Source: Squalus acanthias (lineage: Eukaryota). Taken from it: a DNA stretch of 64,000 bases. Each line of letters begins with the position of its first letter. The stretch's first letter is position 1. Positions 1 to 11,100 of this stretch are shown piece by piece. Made by a program: the position numbers and the translations under genes. Location: assembly GCA_030390025.1 (NCBI GenBank), contig CM059433.1, positions 10,852,001 through 10,916,000 of the forward strand, written 5' to 3'. The notes under the pieces were generated by a model that saw only the letters and a list, made by a program, of their open reading frames with translations, was not told the DNA's origin and did no database searches.

Positions 1-265
1 CGCTGAAGGTTCTAATACGTGATGAGGTATAACTGCACAGGCCCAGTGTTTATCAACTCACCCAAAAAGCCATTCCTTGTGTGCTGAGCCTGTACAGTGA
101 GTGTCAGCAGTCTCTTTGATTGCAGGGAGCATCACAGCAGCCCAATCTTGTCCCCACCTGACAGTCACGTGTGCACGGGTTCCAGCAGGGGACAGCGATA
201 AGGAGCAAGAATGCTGCTTGATTTCCCCCCCCCCCTTCCTACCCCAGGGATCCTGAGGCGAATGC
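1..265 (-). mobile_element. Degenerate tRNA-derived SINE-like repeat (called family B here), partial
   Basis: Reverse complement aligns by eye with blocks at 45290-45570, 55545-55935 and 59945-61005 (GGCCTCAG..CCCTGGG.TAGGGAGGGG..AAATCA, CCCCTGCTGGAA, GACAGGAT.GGGCT). Confidence 0.55.
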
Positions 266-572
266 TTTCGTGCTAGAACTCAATTTCTCCCCCAATGTAT
301 TTCAGAATGGGTTGAGAGAGCAATAAATACATTTATATTTCAAATCAATTCATTTTCTAAAAGGTACATAAAAGGTAAATAAATATAGCAATTCCAGAAG
401 GTGTGAGGCAACAGACTGTTTTGCATAGTATTGGCTGAGATATTAATAAGTGAACAGGAGGCCCCTTTGGTAGAATGCGATTAATATGCTAGCACCAAAC
501 AGTAACCTGGACATTACTTGTCCATTGGAGCTTGGGTCAGCTCTGAAACTAAGCATAACCTTACTTCTTTTG

Positions 573-675
573 ATATAAAAACAGAAAATGCTGGAGATAC
601 TCAGCAGGTCAGACAGCATCTGTGGCGAGAGAAACAGAGTTAACGTTTCAGGTCGATGACCCTTCGTCAGAACTG
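573..675 (-). mobile_element. Penelope-like element terminal fragment with minimal hammerhead core
   Basis: 103-bp insert flanked by a 9-bp TSD CTTCTTTTG (564-572 and 676-684); near-identical to the inverted copy at 57579-57712. Confidence 0.7.
638..674 (-). ncRNA. Minimal type I hammerhead ribozyme motif
   Basis: Minus strand reads AGUU-CUGACGA-A-GGGUC-AUC-GACCU-GAAA-CG-UU-AACU: core CUGANGA/GAAA, helix I AGUU/AACU, helix II GGGUC/GACCU, palindromic ACGU helix III. Confidence 0.65.
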
Positions 676-1140
676 CTTCTTTTGCCCTGAGTTACAATTG
701 CCAAATTGGTGCCCGGGACCAACCGGGTCCAGCTCAGGGCGCAGTTTCATTCCAGATCCAGTACAACTGGGCAGTTTCAGTAAGTCGCACTCAGAACTGT
801 CACGTAAGCCACTTTTATAATAGATAGCTGGGGTTCTGGGAGAGCAGCGCTCAAATGACTTGTGACCTTTTTTGTGTCACTCTTCCCTGTTTATTGGTGC
901 CACTACTCCTGGAAACAATAGTTTTATTGTTAAGACATAACTGCCGACCAACAGCAACATCAAGGGCAATGGAACATCAAGGTGGATAGATGCTGCGGAC
1001 AGATCACTGGGGCAAGAAGATGATCAACACTATCAAGAGCTTTCTATAAAATAATCTGTACAGAGCCAATACTTGGTCATTGGGAGAGCTTCATTCTTTA
1101 ATAACTCCAGCACAGTTTGAATTGGCCATGTAAAAAAGAG

Positions 1141-1228
1141 CGAAAGACTTGCATGACCTCAGTACGGTCCAAAGCGCTTTACAGCCAATGAAGTACTTTT
1201 GAAATGTAGGCCCTGCTGTAATGTAAGA
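1141..1228 (-). mobile_element. SacSINE1/DeuSINE-like SINE, 3' tail fragment
   Basis: GACTTGCAT..CCAAAGCGCTTTACAGCCAATGAAGTACTTTTGAA matches the tail of the longer copy at 62911-63706. Confidence 0.65.
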
Positions 1229-1304
1229 AGGGAGGATGAATTACATAATGGCCAGAGGTTTATCAGCACACTCCAAAAAAATGTCCTGCGCGGGCAAAAG
1301 CCAA

Positions 1305-1805
1305 TCGGGAGGGGGGACACGGTAAGGGGAGAGGATCCAGGGAGCGGGTAGGCGATCGGAGGAGGAGGTAGATGATCAAGGGAGGCGGAAATGATTGGGG
1401 GAGCAGTGGGAGAGGTGATCAGGAGAGGGGGAGGCGATCGGGGGAGGGAGAGGTGATCAGGGGAAGGAGGAAGCGATTGGGGGAGGGGGAGGAGATTTGG
1501 GGGAGGGTGAAGTGATCGGGTAGGGGGGAAATGATCGGGGAGGTAATCTTGGAGGGGAGAGGTGATTAGGGAGAGGGGAGCGATCAGGGAGGGGGAGGTG
1601 ATCGAGGGTGGGTAAGGTGATCGGGGTGGGGGGAGCGATCAGGGGAGGGGGAGGCGGTAGGGGGAGGGGAAGGAATCAGGTTAGTGGGAGGTGATCGGGG
1701 GAGGGAAGAGGCGTTTGGGGAAGGGTGGGATGATTGGGGTGGGGGGAAGTGATCGGGGGAGGGAAGAGGCGTTTGGGGCAGGGTGGGATGATTGGGGTGG
1801 GGGGA
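1305..1805 (+). repeat. Degenerate left border of the array: irregular ~19-22-bp GATC plus G-run units
   Basis: Repeated (G/A)TGATC/GCGATC followed by G-runs at variable spacing; includes a ~59-bp tandem duplication near 1691-1807. Confidence 0.75.
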
Positions 1806-4800
1806 GGCGATAGGGGAGGGAGTGGAGGAGGTGATCAGGGAGGGAGAGGAGGAGGTGATCAGGGAGGGAGAGGAGGAGGTGATCGGGGAGGGAGAGGAGA
1901 AGGCAATTGGGGAGGGAGAGGAGGAGGCGATCGGGGAGGGGGTGGAGGAGGTGATCAGGGAGGGAGAGGAGGAGGTGATCAGGGAGGGAGAGGAGAAGGC
2001 AATTGGGGAGGGAGAGGAGGAGGCGATCGGGGATGGAGAGGAGGAGGTGATCGGGGAGGGAGAGGAGAAGGCGATTGGGGAGGGAGAGGAGGAGGTGATC
2101 AGGGAGGGAGTGGAGGAGGCGATCGGGGAGGGAGAGGAGGAAGCGATCGGGGAGGGAGTGGAGGAGGTGATCAGGGAAGCGGGGCAAAGGGGAGGCGATC
2201 GGGGAGGGAGATGAGGAGGTGATCGGGGAGGGAGAGTAGGAGGTGATCGGGGAGTGAGAGGAGGAGGTGATCGGGGAGGGAGAGGAGGAAGTGATCGGGG
2301 AGGGAGTGGAGAAGGCAATTGGGGACGGAGAGGAGGAGGTGATCGGGAAGGGAGAGGAGGAGGTGATCGGGGAGGGAGAGGAGGAGGTGATCGGGGAGGG
2401 AGTGGAGGAGGTGATCACGGAGGGAGTGGAGAAGGTGATCGGGGAGGGAGTGGAGGAGGTGATCAGGGAGGGAGAGGAGGAGGTGATCAGAGAGGGAGAG
2501 GAGGAGGTGATCGGGGAGGGAGAGGAGGAGGTGATCGGGGAGGGAGAGGAGGAGGCGATGAGGGAGGGAGAGGAGGAGGTGATCACGGAGGGTAAGGACG
2601 AGATGATCGGGGAGGGAGAGGAGTAGGTGATCGGGGAGGGTAAGGACGAGGTGATCGGGGAGGGAGAGGAGGAGGCGATCGGGGAGGGAATGGAGCAGGT
2701 GATCGGGGAGGGAGAGGTGTAGGTGATCGGGGAGGGAATGGAGGAGGTGATCGGGGAGGGTAAGGACGAGGTGATCGGTGAGGGAGAGGAGTAGGTGATC
2801 GGGGAGGGAGTGGAGGAGGCGATCAGGGAGGGAGTGGAGGAGGTGATCAGGGAGGGAGTGGAGGAGGTGATCGGGGAGGGAGTGGAGGAGGTGATCGGGG
2901 AGGGAGTGGAGGAGGTGATCTGGGAGGGAGAGGAGGAGGTGATTGGGGAGGGAGAGGAGGAGGTGATCGGGGACGGGGAGGAGGAGGTGATCAGGGAGGG
3001 AGAGGAGGTGGTGATCGGGGAGGGAGAGGTGGAGGTGATCGGGGAGGGAGTGGAGGAGGTGATCGGGGAGGGAGTGGAGGAGGTGAGCAGGGAGGGAGAG
3101 GAGGAGGTGATCGGGGAGGGAGAGGAGGAGGTGATGGGGAGGGAATGGAGGAGGTGATCGGGGAGGGAGTGGAGCAGGTGATCGGGGAGGGAGAGGTGTA
3201 GGTGATCGGGGAGGGAATGGAGGAGGTGATCGGGGAGGGTAAGGACGAGGTGATCGGTGAGGGAGAGGAGTAGGTGATCGGGGAGGGAGTGGAGGAGGCG
3301 ATCAGGGAGGGAGTGGAGGAGGTGATCGGGGAGGGAGTGGAGGAGGTGATCGGGGAGGGAGTGGAGGAGGTGATCAGGGAGGGAGAGGAGGAGGTGATCG
3401 GGGAGGGAGAGGAGGAGGTGATCGGGGAGGGAATGGAGGAGGTGATCGGGGAGGGAGTGGAGGAGGCGATCGGGGAGGGAGTGGAGGAGGTGATCAGGGA
3501 GGGAGAGGAGGAGGTGATCAGGGAGGGAGAGGAGAAGGCAATTGGGGAGGGAATGGAGCAGGTGATCGGGGAGGGAGAGGTGTAGGTGATCGGGGAGGGA
3601 GTGGAGGAGGTGATCAGAGAGGGAGAGGAGGAGGTGATCGGGGAGGGAGAGGAGGAGGTGATCGGGGAGGGAGAGGAGGAGGCGATGAGGGAGGGAGAGG
3701 AGGAGGTGATCACGGAGGGTAAGGACGAGATGATCGGGGAGGGAGAGGAGTAGGTGATCGGGGAGGGTAAGGACGAGGTGATCGGGGAGGGAGAGGAGGA
3801 GGCGATCGGGGAGGGAATGGAGCAGGTGATCGGGGAGGGAGAGGTGTAGGTGATCGGGGAGGGAATGGAGGAGGTGATCGGGGAGGGTAAGGACGAGGTG
3901 ATCGGTGAGGGAGAGGAGTAGGTGATCGGGGAGGGAGTGGAGGAGGCGATCAGGGAGGGAGTGGAGGAGGTGATCAGGGAGGGAGTGGAGGAGGTGATCG
4001 GGGAGGGAGGGGAGGAGGTGATCGGGGAGGGAGTGGAGGAGGTGATCAGGGAGGGAGAGGAGGAGGTGATCGGGGAGGGAGTGGAGGAGGCGATCGGGGA
4101 GGGAGTGGAGGAGGTGATGAGGGAGGGAGTGGAGGAGGCGATCGGGGAGTGAGAGGAGGAGGTGATCGGGGAGGGAATGGAGGAGGTGATCGGGGAGGGA
4201 GTGGAGGAGGCGATCGGGGAGGGAGTGGAGGAGGTGATGAGGGAGGGAGAGGAGGAGGTTATCGGGGAGGGAGAGGAAGAGGCGATCGGGGAGGGAGTGG
4301 AGGAGGCGATCGGGGAGGGAGAGGAGGAGGTGATCGGGGAGGGAGAGGAGGAGGTGATCGGGGAGGGAGTGGAGGAGGCAATCGGGGAGGGAGAGGAGGA
4401 GGTGATCGGGGAGGGAGAGGAGGAGGTGATGGGGAGGGAGAGGAGGAGGTGATCAGGGACGGAGAGGAGGAGGTGATCAGGGAGGCAGAGGAGGTGGTGA
4501 TCGGGGAGGGAGAGGTGGAGGTGATCGGGGAGGGAGAGGAGGAGGTGATCGTGGAGGGAGAGGAGGATGTGATCAGGGAGGGAGAGTAGGAGGTGATCGG
4601 GGAGTGAGAGGAGGAGGTGATCGGGGAGGGAGAGGAGGAAGTGATCGGGGAGGGAGTGGAGAAGGCAATCAGGGACGGAGAGGAGGAGGTGATCAGGGAG
4701 GGAGAGGAGGAGGTGATCGGGGAGGGAGAGGAGAAGGCAATTGGGGACGGAGAGGAGGAGGTGATCGGGAAGGGAGAGGAGGAGGTGATCGGGGAGGGAG

Positions 4801-7800
4801 TGGAGGAGGTGATCAGGGAGGGAGTGGAGAAGGTGATCGGGGAGGGAGTGGAGGAGGTGATCAGGGAGGGAGAGGAGGAGGTGATCAGAGAGGGAGAGGA
4901 GGAGGTGATCGGGGAGGGAGAGGAGGAGGTGATCGGGGAGGGAGAGGAGGAGGCGATGTGGGAGGGAGAGGAGGAGGTGATCACGGAGGGTAAGGACGAG
5001 ATGATCGGGGAGGGAGAGGAGTAGGTGATCGGGGAGGGTAAGGACGAGGTGATCGGGGAGGGAGAGGAGGAGGCGATCGGGGAGGGAATGGAGCAGGTGA
5101 TCGGGGAGGGAGAGGTGTAGGTGATCGGGGAGGGAATGGAGGAGGTGATCGGGGAGGGTAAGGACGAGGTGATCGGGGAGGGAGAGGTGTAGGTGATCGG
5201 GGAGGGAGAGGTGTAGGTGATCGGGGAGGGAGTGGAGGAGGCGATCAGGGAGGGAGTGGAGGAGGTGATCAGGGAGGGAGAGGAGGAGGTGATCGGGGAG
5301 GGAGAGGAGGAGGTGATCGGGGAGGGAGTGGAAGAGGTGATCGGGGAGGGAGTGGAGGAGGTGATCAGGGAGGGAGAGGAGGAGGTGATCGGGGAGGGAG
5401 AGGAGGAGGTGATCGGGGAGGGAGTGGAGGAGGTGATCGGGGAGGGAGTGGAGGAGGCGATCGGGGAGGGAGTGGAGGAGGTGATCAGGGAGGGAGAGGA
5501 GGAGGTGATCGGGGAGGGAGAGGAGGAGGCGATCGGGGATGGAGAGGAGGAGGTGATCGGGGAGGGAGAGGAGAAGGCGATTGGGGAGGGAGAGGAGGAG
5601 GTGATCAGGGAGGGAGAGGAGGAGGCGATCGGGGATGGAGAGGAGGAGGTGATCGGGGAGGGAGAGGAGAAGGCGATTGGGGAGGGAGAGGAGGAGGTGA
5701 TCAGGGAGGGAGTGGAGGATGTGATCGGGGAGGGAGAGGAGGAGGTGATCAGGGAGGGAGTGGAGGAGGCGATCGGGGAGGGAGAGGCGGAAGCGATCGG
5801 GGAGGGAGAGGAGGAGGTGATCGGGGAGGGAGAGGAGGAAGTGATCGGGGAGGGAGTGGAGAAGGCGATCAGGGACGGAGAGGAGGAGGTGATCAGGGAG
5901 GGAGAGGAGGAGGTGATCGGGGAGGGAGAGGAGAAGGCAATTGGGGACGGAGAGGAGGAGGTGATCGGGAAGGGAGAGGAGGAGGTGATCGGGGAGGGAG
6001 AGGAGGAGGTGATCGGGGAGGGAGTGGAGGAGGTGATCAGGGAGGGAGTGGAGAAGGTGATCGGGGAGGGAGTGGAGGAGGTGATCAGGGAGGGAGAGGA
6101 GGAGGTGATCAGAGAGCGAGAGGAGGAGGTGATCGGGGAGGGAGAGGAGGAGGTGATCGGGGAGGGAGAGGAGGAGGCGATGAGGGAGGGAGAGGAGGAG
6201 GTGATCACGGAGGGTAAGGACGAGATGATCGGGGAGGGAGAGGAGTAGGTGATCGGGGAGGGTAAGGACGAGGAGATCGGGGAGGGAGAGGAGGAGGCGA
6301 TCGGGGAGGGAATGGAGCAGGTGATCGGGGAGGGAGAGGTGTAGGTGATCGGGGAGGGAATGGAGGAGGTGATCGGGGAGGGTAAGGACGAGGTGATCGG
6401 TGAGGGAGAGGAGGAGGTGATCGGGGAGGGAGTGGAGGAGGCGATCAGGGAGGGAGTGGAGGAGGTGATCAGGGAGGGAGTGGAGGAGGTGATCGGGGAG
6501 GGAGTGGAGGAGGTGATCGGGGAGGGAGTGGAGGAGGTGATCAGGGAGGGAGAGGAGGAGGTGATCGGGGAGGGAGAGGTGGAGGTGATCGGGGAGGGTG
6601 AGGAGGAGGTGATCGGGGAGGGAGAGGAGGATGTGATCAGGGACGGAGAGGAGGAGGTGATCAGGGAGGGAGAGGAGGTGGTGATCGGGAAGGGAGAGGA
6701 GGAGGTGATCGGGGAGGGTGAGGAGGAGGTGATCGGGGAGGGAGTGGAGGAGGTGATCGGGGAGGGTGTGGAGGAGGTGATCGGGGAGGGAGTGGAGGAG
6801 GTGATCGGGGAGGGAGAGGAGGAGGTGATCGTGGAGGGAGAGGAGGAGGTGATCAGGGACGGAGAGGAAGAGGTGATCAGGGAGGGAGAGGAGGTGGTGA
6901 TCGGGGAGGGAGAGGTGGAGGTGATCGGGGAGGGAGAGGAGGAGGTGATCGTGGAGGGAGAGGAGGATGTGATCAGGGACGGAGAGGAGGAGGTGATCAG
7001 GGAGGGAGAGGAGGTGGTGATCGGGGAGGGAGAGGTGGAGGTGATCAGGGAGGGAAAGGAGGAGGTGATCAGGGAGGGAGTGGAGGAGGTGATCGGGGAG
7101 GGAGTGGAGGAGGCGATCGGGGAGGGAGTGGAGGAGGTGATCGGGGAGGGAGAGGAGTAGGTGATCGTGGAGGGAGTGGAGGAGGCGATCGGGGAGGCAG
7201 TGGTGGAGGCGATGAGGGAGGGAGAGGTGGAGGTGATCGGGGAGGGAGCGGAGGAGGTGATCAGGGACGGAGAGGAGGTGGTGATCGGGGAGGGAGAGGT
7301 GGAGGTGATCGGGGAGGGAGAGGAGGAGGTGATCGTGGAGGGAGAGGAGGAGGCGATGAGGGAGGGAGAGGAGGTGGTGATCGGGGAGGGAGAGGTGGAG
7401 GTGATCGGGGAGGGAGAGGAGGAGGTGATCAGGGACGGAGAGGAGGAGGTGATCAGGGACGGAGAGGAGGAGGTGATCAGGGAGGCAGAGGAGGTGGTGA
7501 TCGGGGAGGGAGAGGTGGAGGTGATCGGGGAGGGAGTGGAGGAGGTGATCAGGGAGGGAGTGGAGGAGGTGATCGGGGAGGGAGTGGAGGAGGTGAGCAG
7601 GGAGGGAGAGGAGGAGGTGATCGGGGAGGGAGAGGAGGAGGTGATGGGGAGGGAATGGAGGAGGTGATCGGGGAGGGAGTGGAGGAGGTCATCGGGGAGG
7701 GAGTGGAGGAGGCGATCGGCGAAGGAGTGGAGGAGGCGATGAGGGAGGGAGAGGAGGAGGCGATCGGGGAGGGAGAGGAGGAGGCGATCGGGGAGGGAGA

Positions 7801-8011
7801 GGAAGAGGCGATCGGGGAGAGAGAGGAGGAGGTGATCGGGGAGGGAGAGGAGGAGGTGATCGTGGAGGGTGAGGAGGAGGTGATCAGGGACGGAGAGGAG
7901 GAGGTGATCGGGGAGGGAGTGGAGGAGGTGATCGGGGAGTGAGAGGAGGAGGTGATCGGGGAGGGAGAGGAGGTGGTGATCGGGGAGGGAGAGGAGGAGG
8001 CGATCAGGGAC

Positions 8012-8152
8012 ATAAGAACATAAGAACATAAGAAATAGGAGCAGGAGTAGGCCAATCGGCCCCTCGAGCCTGCTCCGCCATTCAATAAGATCATGGCTGA
8101 TCTGATCCTAACCGCCAATCTACTATCTATCACAGAACCATCTCCTGCATCT
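8012..8152 (-). mobile_element. CR1 (HER1-like) LINE 3' tail inserted in the array, copy 1
   Basis: (TTCTTATG)n tail plus CR1 3' hairpin (AATGGCGGAGCAGGCTCGAGGGGCCG) on the minus strand; GAC repeated at 8009-8011 and 8153-8155. Confidence 0.9.
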
Positions 8153-11100
8153 GACGGAGAGGAGGAGGTGATCGGGGAGGGAGTGGAGGACGTGATCGGG
8201 GTGGGAGTGGAGGAGGCGATCGGGGAGGGAGTGGAGGAGGCGATGAGGGAGGGAGAGGAGGAGGTGATCGGGGAGGGAGAGGAGGAAGTGATCGGGGAGG
8301 GAGTGGAGAAGGCCATCAGGGACGGAGAGGAGGAGGTGATCAGGGAGGGAGAGGAGGAGGTGATCGGGGAGGGAGAGGAGTAGGTGATCGTGGAGGGAGT
8401 GGAGGAGGCGATCGGGGAGGCAGTGGTGGAGGCGATGAGGGAGGGAGAGGTGGAGGTGATCGGGGAGGGAGCGGAGGAGGTGATCAGGGACGGAGAGGAG
8501 GTGGTGATCGGGGAGGGAGAGGTGGAGGTGATCGGGGAGGGAGAGGAGGAGGTGATCGTGGAGGGAGAGGAGGAGGCGATGAGGGAGGGAGAGGAGGTGG
8601 TGATCGGGGAGGGAGAGGTGGAGGTGATCGGGGAGGGAGAGGAGGAGGTGATCAGGGACGGAGAGGAGGAGGTGATCAGGGACGGAGAGGAGGAGGTGAT
8701 CAGGGAGGCAGAGGAGGTGGTGATCGGGGAGGGAGAGGTGGAGGTGATCGGGGAGGGAGTGGAGGAGGTGATCAGGGAGGGAGTGGAGGAGGTGATCGGG
8801 GAGGGAGTGGAGGAGGTGAGCAGGGAGGGAGAGGAGGAGGTGATCGGGGAGGGAGAGGAGGAGGTGATGGGGAGGGAATGGAGGAGGTGATCGGGGAGGG
8901 AGAGGAGAAGGCAATTGGGGACGGAGAGGAGGAGGTGATCGGGAAGGGAGAGGAGGAGGTGATCGGGGAGGGAGAGGAGGAGTTGATCGGGGAGGGAGTG
9001 GAGGAGGTGTTCACGGAGGGAGTGGAGAAGGTGATCGGGGAGGGAGTGGAGGAGGTGATCAGGGAGGGAGAGGAGGAGGTGATCAGAGAGGGAGAGGAGG
9101 AGGTGATCGGGGAGGGAGTGGAGGAGGCGATGAGGGAGTGAGAGGAGGAGGTGATCGGGGAGGGAGAGGAGGAAGTGATCGGGAGGGAGTGGAGAAGGCG
9201 ATCAGGGACGGAGAGGAGGAGGTGATCAGGGAGGGAGAGGAGGAGGTGATCGGGGAGGGAGAGGAGAAGGCAATTGGGGACGGAGAGGAGGAGGTGATCG
9301 GGAAGGGAGAGGAGGAGGTGATCGGGGAGGGAGAGGAGGAGGTGATCGGGGAGGGAGTGGAGGAGGTGATCACGGAGGGAGTGGAGAAGGTGATCGGGGA
9401 GGGAGTGGAGGAGGTGATCAGGGAGGGAGAGGAGGAGGTGATCAGAGAGGGAGAGGAGGAGGTGATCGGGGAGGGAGAGGAGGAGGTGATCGGGGAGGGA
9501 GAGGAGGAGGCGATGAGGGAGGGAGAGGAGGAGGTGATCACGGAGGGTAAGGACGAGATGATCGGGGAGGGAGAGGAGTAGGTGATCGGGGAGGGTACGG
9601 ACGAGGTGATCGGGGAGGGAGAGGAGGAGGCGATCGGGGAGGGAATGGAGCAGGTGATCGGGGAGGGTAAGGACGAGGTGATCGGTGAGGGAGAGGAGTA
9701 GGTGATCGGGGAGGGAGTGGAGGAGGCGATCAGGGAGGGAGTGGAGGAGGTGATCAGGGAGGGAGTGGAGGAGGTGATCGGGGAGGGAGTGGAGGAGGTG
9801 ATCGGGGAGGGAGTGGAGGAGGTGATCAGGGAGGGAGAGGAGGAGGTGATCGGGGAGGGAGAGGAGGAGGTGATCGGGGACGGAGAGGAGGAGGTGATCA
9901 GGGAGGGAGAGGAGGTGGTGATCGGGGAGGGAGAGGTGCAGGTGATCGGGGAGGGAGTGGAGGAGGTGATCAGGGAGGGAGTGGAGGAGGTGATCGGGGA
10001 GGGAGTGGAGGAGGTGAGCAGGGAGGGAGAGGAGGAGGTGATCGGGGAGGGAGTGGAGCAGGTGATTGGGGAGGGAGAGGTGTAGGTGATCGGGGAGGGA
10101 ATGGAGGAGGTGATCGGGGAGGGTAAGGACGAGGTGATCGGTGAGGGAGAGGAGTAGGTGATCGGGGAGGGAGTGGAGGAGGCGATCAGGGAGGGAGTGG
10201 AGGAGGTGATCAGGGAGGGAGTGGAGGAGGTGATCGGGGAGGGAGTGGAGGAGGTGATCGGGGAGGGAGTGGAGGAGGTGATCAGGGAGGGAGAGGAGGA
10301 GGTGATCGGGGAGGGAGAGGAGGAGGTGATCGGGGAGGGAATGGAGGAGGTGATCGGGGAGGGAGTGGAGGAGGCGATCGGGGAGGGAGTGGAGGAGGTG
10401 ATCAGGGAGGGAGAGGAGAAGGCAATTGGGGAGGGAATGGAGCAGGTGATCGGGGAGGGGGAGGTGTAGGTGATCGGGGAGGGAATGGAGGAGGTGATCG
10501 GGGAGTGTAAGGACGAGGTGATCGGTGAGGGAGAGGAGTAGGTGATCGGGGAGGGAGTGGAGGAGGCGATCAGGGAGGGAGTGGAGGAGGTGATCAGGGA
10601 GGGAGTGGAGGAGGTGATCGGGGAGGGAGTGGAGGAGGTGATCGGGGAGGGAGTGGAGGAGGTGATCAGGGAGGGAGAGGAGGAGGTGATCGGGGAGGGA
10701 GAGGAGGAGGTGATCGGGGAGGGAATGGAGGAGGTGATCGGGGAGGGAGTGGAGGAGGCGATCGGGGAGGGAGTGGAGGAGGTGATCAGGGAGGGAGAGG
10801 AGGAGGTGATCAGGGAGGGAGAGGAGAAGGCAATTGGGGAGGGAGAGGAGGAGGCGATCGGGGATGGAGAGGAGGAGGTGATCGGGGAGGGAGAGGAGAA
10901 GGCGATTGGGGAGGGAGAGGAGGAGGTGATCAGGGAGGGAGTGGAGGAGGTGATCGGGGAGGGAGAGGAGGAGGTGATCAGGGAGGGAGTGGAGGAGGCG
11001 ATCGGGGAGGGAGAGGAGGAAGCGATCGGGGAGGGAGTGGAGGAGGTGATGAGGGAAGCGGGGCACAGGGGAGGCGATCGGGGAGGGAGATGAGGAGGTG

